Assembly (NCBI GenBank): GCA_002269645.1
Contig: NIVC01000032.1
Span: forward strand, 248,001-312,000
Direction of reading: 5' to 3'
Source: Macrostomum lignano
Lineage: Eukaryota
Length of the DNA: 64,000 nucleotides
The translations under genes and the position numbers were made by a program. Shown piece after piece: positions 59,390-64,000 of the stretch. The notes below the pieces were generated by a model. The model saw only the letters and a program-made list of their open reading frames with translations, ran no database searches and was not told where the DNA came from. Every line of letters starts with the position of its first letter. Position 1 is the stretch's first letter.

Positions 59390-60105
59390 GTGCCATTGAT
59401 GAGCAGTCCCATTTTAGAGGAGAAATGCCATTTTTAGAGGAGGAGTGCCATTTTTTAGAGGAGGAGTGCCATTTTTTAGAGGAGGAGTGCCATTTTTTAG
59501 AAGAGGAGTGCCATTTTTTAGAGGAGGAGTGCCATTTTTTTTAGAAGAGGAGTGCCATTTTTTAGAGGAGAAGTGCAATTTTTTTAGAGGAGAAGTGCCA
59601 TTTTTTAGAGGAGGAAGTGCAATTTTTTATAGGAGGAGTGGCATTTTTAGAGGAGGAAAGCCATATTTTAGATGAGGAATGCCATTTTTAGAGGAGTACC
59701 ATTTTTTAGAGGAGGGGTGCCATTTTTTAGAGGAGGAATGCCATTTTTTAGAAGAGAAAGTGCCATTTTTTATAGGAGGGGTGCCATTTTTAAAGGAGAA
59801 ATGCCATTTTTAGAGGAGGAATGCCATTTTTAGAGGAGGAAAGCCATATTTTAGATGAGGAATGCCATTTTTAGAGGAGTACCATTTTTTAGAGGAGGGG
59901 TGCCATTTTTTAGAGGAGGGGTGCCATTTTTAAAGGAGGAATGCCATTTTTAGAGGAGGAATGCCATTTTTAGAGGAGGAAAGCCATATTTTAGATGAGG
60001 AGTGCCATTTTTAGAGGAGTACCATTTTTTAGAGGAGTGCCATTTTTAGAGGAGGAGTGCCATTTTTTAGAGGAGGAGTGCCATTTTTTAGAAGAGGAGT
60101 GCCTT
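59390..60105. repeat. ~20-22-bp degenerate minisatellite
   Basis: Unit GAGGAGTGCCATTTTTTAGA. Confidence 0.92.
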
Positions 60106-60347
60106 TTTGTGTATCAAAGTCGCTTTTTTGAAGTTTGTCAAAGTTGTATTTGAATAGATAAAGATTTTTAGAACTAATGAGATCAGAAATATTGAATTAT
60201 TGTTCTATTATTATTATTTATGTTATTTATCGAGAAATAAATTGCAACCTACGTCAACCTACTTAAAGTAGAATAATTTGCGTATAGGAAAAATCAATTT
60301 AATGAACTTATTAAATGTTTGGTTATCTTTTCTCCATCCCGCTTCAG

Positions 60348-61012
60348 ACGCCACAGCCGGTCTGGGCGGCATCATTCCGCCCGTCCTGCCGCCGGCAGTC
60401 CCAGCCTCCGGCCGTCATCATCAGCAACATCGCCATCATCACCGTCACCATCATCACCGTCACCGTTCTCATCAACCGGTGCAGCTCCGGCGGCCGCAGG
60501 CAAATTACAGTCGGCGTTTGTTGTCGGCTCTGCCGCCTCTCGCCGCTGCCGCCGCCGCCGCAGCCGCAGCCGCGGCAGCTACTGCGGTGCCAGCAGATCG
60601 ACGTCGCAGCGATCGGTCGAGACGCCGCCGACCTGTTGAAGCAGCAGCAGGCAAAAATAATAACAAATCAGCCAGTCGCATTGTTGTCAGGCAAGATGAT
60701 GATGAAGATGAAGAGGATGAAGAGGATGAAGAGGCCGCCGATATGCTGGATGTTGGACGGCGTCGTAATGTTAAACGAAAGCTCGGCAGTGCAACCGAAG
60801 ACGCAGGAGTCATTATCGACGAGGTCCAAGACGAGGACTACGGAGGCGACGAAGAGGAAGGCGACGTCGAAGAGGAGGACGACGATGATGAAGACGAAGA
60901 AGAAGACAACAGCAGCAATGCCAGCTTCTATGTTGGCATGCCTCGAGGCACGCCGGAGACTGGATCTTCATCGTCTGGCCGACTGTCCGTGAAAAATATG
61001 GCCGACTTTGAG
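60348..61012 (+). CDS. USP34: USP34 orthologue, coding exon 7
   Basis: CCGCTTCAG| phase 1; His/Ala/acidic tracts ending SSSGRLSVKNMADFE (recalled human SSQVSAKSEKNMADFD); GAG|GTGATG. Confidence 0.82.
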
Positions 61013-61024
61013 GTGATGAATTTA

Positions 61025-63175
61025 AGTGAATTGTCTATGGAGTGACTCATTGTAGATTGGAGTCACCCCTTGTAGATTGTGTTGTCTATGGAGTGACTCA
61101 TTGTAGATTGGAGTCACCCCTTGTAGATTGTGTTGTCTATGGAGTGACCCATTGTAGATTGGAGTCACCCCTTGTAGATTGTGTTGTCTATGGAGTGACC
61201 CATTGTAGATTGGAGTCACCCCTTGTAGATTGTGTTGTCTATGGAGTGACTCATTGTAGATTGGAGTCACCCCTTGTAGATTGTGTTGTCTATGGAGTGA
61301 CCCATTGTAGATTGGAGTCACCCCTTGTAGATTGTGTTGTCTATGGAGTGACTCATTGTAGATTGGAGTCACCCCTTGTAGATTGTGTTGTCTATGGAGT
61401 GACCCATTGTAGATTGGAGTCACCCCTTGTAGATTGTGTTGTCTATGGAGTGACCCATTGTAGATTGGAGTCACCCCTTGTAGATTGTGTTGTCTATGGA
61501 GTGACCCATTGTAGATTGGAGTCACCCCTTGTAGATTGTGTTGTCTATGGAGTGACCCATTGTAGATTGGAGTCACCCCTTGTAGATTGTGTTGTCTATG
61601 GAGTGACTCATTGTAGATTGGAGTCACCCCTTGTAGATTGTGTTGTCTATGGAGTGACTCATTGTAGATTGGAGTCACCCCTTGTAGATTGTGTTGTCTA
61701 TGGAGTGACTCATTGTAGATTGGAGTCACCCCTTGTAGATTGTGTTGTCTATGGAGTGACCCATTGTAGATTGGAGTCACCCCTTGTAGATTGTGTTGTC
61801 TATGGAGTGACTCATTGTAGATTGGAGTCACCCCTTGTAGATTGTGTTGTCTATGGAGTGACTCATTGTAGATTGGAGTCACCCCTTGTAGATTGTGTTG
61901 TCTATGGAGTGACCCATTGTAGATTGGAGTCACCCCTTGTAGATTGTGTTGTCTATGGAGTGACCCATTGTAGATTGGAGTCACCCCTTGTAGATTGTGT
62001 TGTCTATGGAGTGACCCATTGTAGATTGGAGTCACCCCTTGTAGATTGTGTTGTCTATGGAGTGACCCATTGTAGATTGGAGTCACCCCTTGTAGATTGT
62101 GTTGTCTATGGAGTGACCCATTGTAGATTGGAGTCACCCCTTGTAGATTGTGTTGTCTATGGAGTGACCCATTGTAGATTGGAGTCACCCCTTGTAGATT
62201 GTGTTGTCTATGGAGTGACCCATTGTAGATTGGAGTCACCCCTTGTAGATTGTGTTGTCTATGGAGTGACCCATTGTAGATTGGAGTCACCCCTTGTAGA
62301 TTGTGTTGTCTATGGAGTGACCCATTGTAGATTGGAGTCACCCCTTGTAGATTGTGTTGTCTATGGAGTGACCCATTGTAGATTGGAGTCACCCCTTGTA
62401 GATTGTGTTGTCTATGGAGTGACCCATTGTAGATTGGAGTCACCCCTTGTAGATTGTGTTGTCTATGGAGTGACCCATTGTAGATTGGAGTCACCCCTTG
62501 TAGATTAGAGTGACCCCTTGTAGATTAGAGTCACCCCTTGCAGATTGGAGTCACCCCTTGTAGATTAGAGTCACCCCTTGCAGATTGGAGTCACCCCTTG
62601 TAGATTAGAGTGACCCCTTGTAGATTAGAGTCACCCCTTGCAGATTGGAGTCACCCCTTGTAGATTAGAGTCACCCCTTGCAGATTGGAGTCACCCCTTG
62701 TAGATTAGAGTGACCCCTTGTAGATTAGAGTCACCCCTTGTAGATTAGAGTCACCCCTTGTAGATTAGAGTGACCCCTTGCAGATTGGAGTCACCCCTTG
62801 TAGATTAGAGTGACCCCTTGTAGATTAGAGTGACCCCTTGTAGATTAGAGTCACCCCTTGTAGATTAGAGTCACCCCTTGTAGATTAGAGTCACCCCTTG
62901 TAGATTAGAGTCACCCCTTGTAGATTAGAGTCACCCCTTGTAGATTAGAGTCACCCCTTGTAGATTAGAGTCACCCCTTGTAGATTAGAGTCACCCCTTG
63001 TAGATTAGAGTCACCCCTTGTAAATTAGAGTCACCCCTTGTAGATTAGAGTCACCCCTTGTAGATTAGAGTCACCCCTTGTAGATTAGAGTCACCCCTTG
63101 TAGATTGGCTTGTAGATTGTAGTGACGCCTTGTAGATTGGAGTGACGCCTTGTAGATTGGAGTGACCTCTTGCAG
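61025..63175. repeat. 51-bp array (~29 copies) converting to a 20-bp array
   Basis: 51-mer TAGATTGTGTTGTCTATGGAGTGACYCATTG+TAGATTGGAGTCACCCCTTG to ~62500, then TAGATTAGAGTCACCCCTTG. Confidence 0.98.
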
Positions 63176-63243
63176 ATTGGATTTGACTCTACCAGCGTAT
63201 GGATTGCAATTTTTTCTCAACATAAATACACGATTTAACCCAG

Positions 63244-63894
63244 GGTGAAGAAGAGGAAGAAGAGGAAGACGATGAAGACGAAGAAGAAGAAGACGAGGAG
63301 GAAGAAGAGGAGGAAGACGACGGCGTAGAGGTGGACAGCGCCTCGGTGGTGGCCGCAGCAGCGGCGGTGGCGGCAGCGGCCGCTGCAGCTGCTGGTAACA
63401 CGTCCCAGAAGCAGCAACAGCAGCAGCAGCAATTAACAGCAGCCACGGCAAAGTCGAATGCAACTAATTCGCCGGTTTTCTCTTCCTCGTGGCATCGGCC
63501 TCATCATCATCATCATCATCAGCATCATCATCGTCACACTGTGCATCATCATCAGCAGCTTCAGCATCATCAGCAGCAACAGCAGCAGCAAGCTGACTGC
63601 CTGGCTGATCGATTGAACCGTGTCGCCGAACCCGGCCACTGCCTACTGTGGGATCTCTGTCGGGATGACAGCTCGGCTGCTCGGCTAGCCGAGGACCACC
63701 TGTTTGATGAGGCTCAACGATTGCTGTTCTGCCTGCTGTGCGGCGCCGACGGCCGGATCAGGCATCGGTTCGTGTCCGCCGCTGTGGCCAGCCTCGCCGA
63801 GCACCGGGCACCGTTGGTCTGCGTTCGGCTGCTGGCTAAGTTGTTCAGATCGTTTGGCGCTCAGGCCAAGGAGATGCTGCGCTGGGCTGTGCAG
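63244..63894 (+). CDS. USP34: USP34 orthologue, coding exon 8 (gene continues past the window)
   Basis: GEEEE continues NMADFE; PGHCLLWDLCRDD...EAQRLLFCLLC...IRHRFV...VRLLAKLFRSF versus recalled human KGNTLLWDIVQDE...EAEKLLCSLVC...IRMRFI...LRLLPKLFGTF; CAG|GTCTGG donor. Confidence 0.9.
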
Positions 63895-64000
63895 GTCTGG
63901 CGTTTCTGCAGTCTTGGCTGGGTTCTGCCTCTGTTCTCATATCCCCGTCTCTGATCTCATCTCTGTGTCTGTCTGTTCTCATCTCTCTCTGTCTCTGTTC

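Noticed and set aside
61022-62508. ~490-aa ORFs on both strands
   Set aside because: 51-bp array in USP34 intron 7; exons 7 and 8 join in frame around it (NMADFE|GEEE).

Overview
Eukaryotic, minisatellite-rich animal DNA. The style (GC-rich exons, introns filled with 13-54 bp tandem arrays, RTE retroposons) suggests a free-living flatworm such as Macrostomum; that is inference and cannot be confirmed here. Genes: (1) 2480-27383 (+), a 4-exon, ~493-aa, mostly disordered protein with a Bim-like BH3 motif (VAMRLRSIGDEI), a Bad-like Akt/14-3-3 site (RVRSQSVP) and a beta-TrCP-type degron (DSGYQT), i.e. a candidate BH3-only apoptosis regulator; ~13 IR-1 nuclear-receptor elements lie upstream and E-boxes are scattered through its introns. 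(2) Two tandem B-box/coiled-coil/NHL paralogs with intronless CDSs (30996-32732 and 42866-44773, -), nearly identical in the coiled coil but divergent at predicted propeller binding-face residues. (3) A calmodulin-like four-EF-hand gene with a 13-aa repeat N-terminus (33925-34941, -). (4) The 5' eight coding exons of a USP34 orthologue (48160-63894, +, continues beyond the window). Mobile DNA: a frameshifted RTE LINE with a 43-bp target duplication, an internally deleted LOA/I-group LINE (12-bp TSD) inside a Gypsy integrase remnant, two more RTE fragments head to head, a CORE-SINE and several MITEs, including a nested pair with intact 8-bp TSDs. About 27 tandem arrays account for most long ORFs in the track, which are artefacts. 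No CRISPR, rRNA or tRNA gene is supported.
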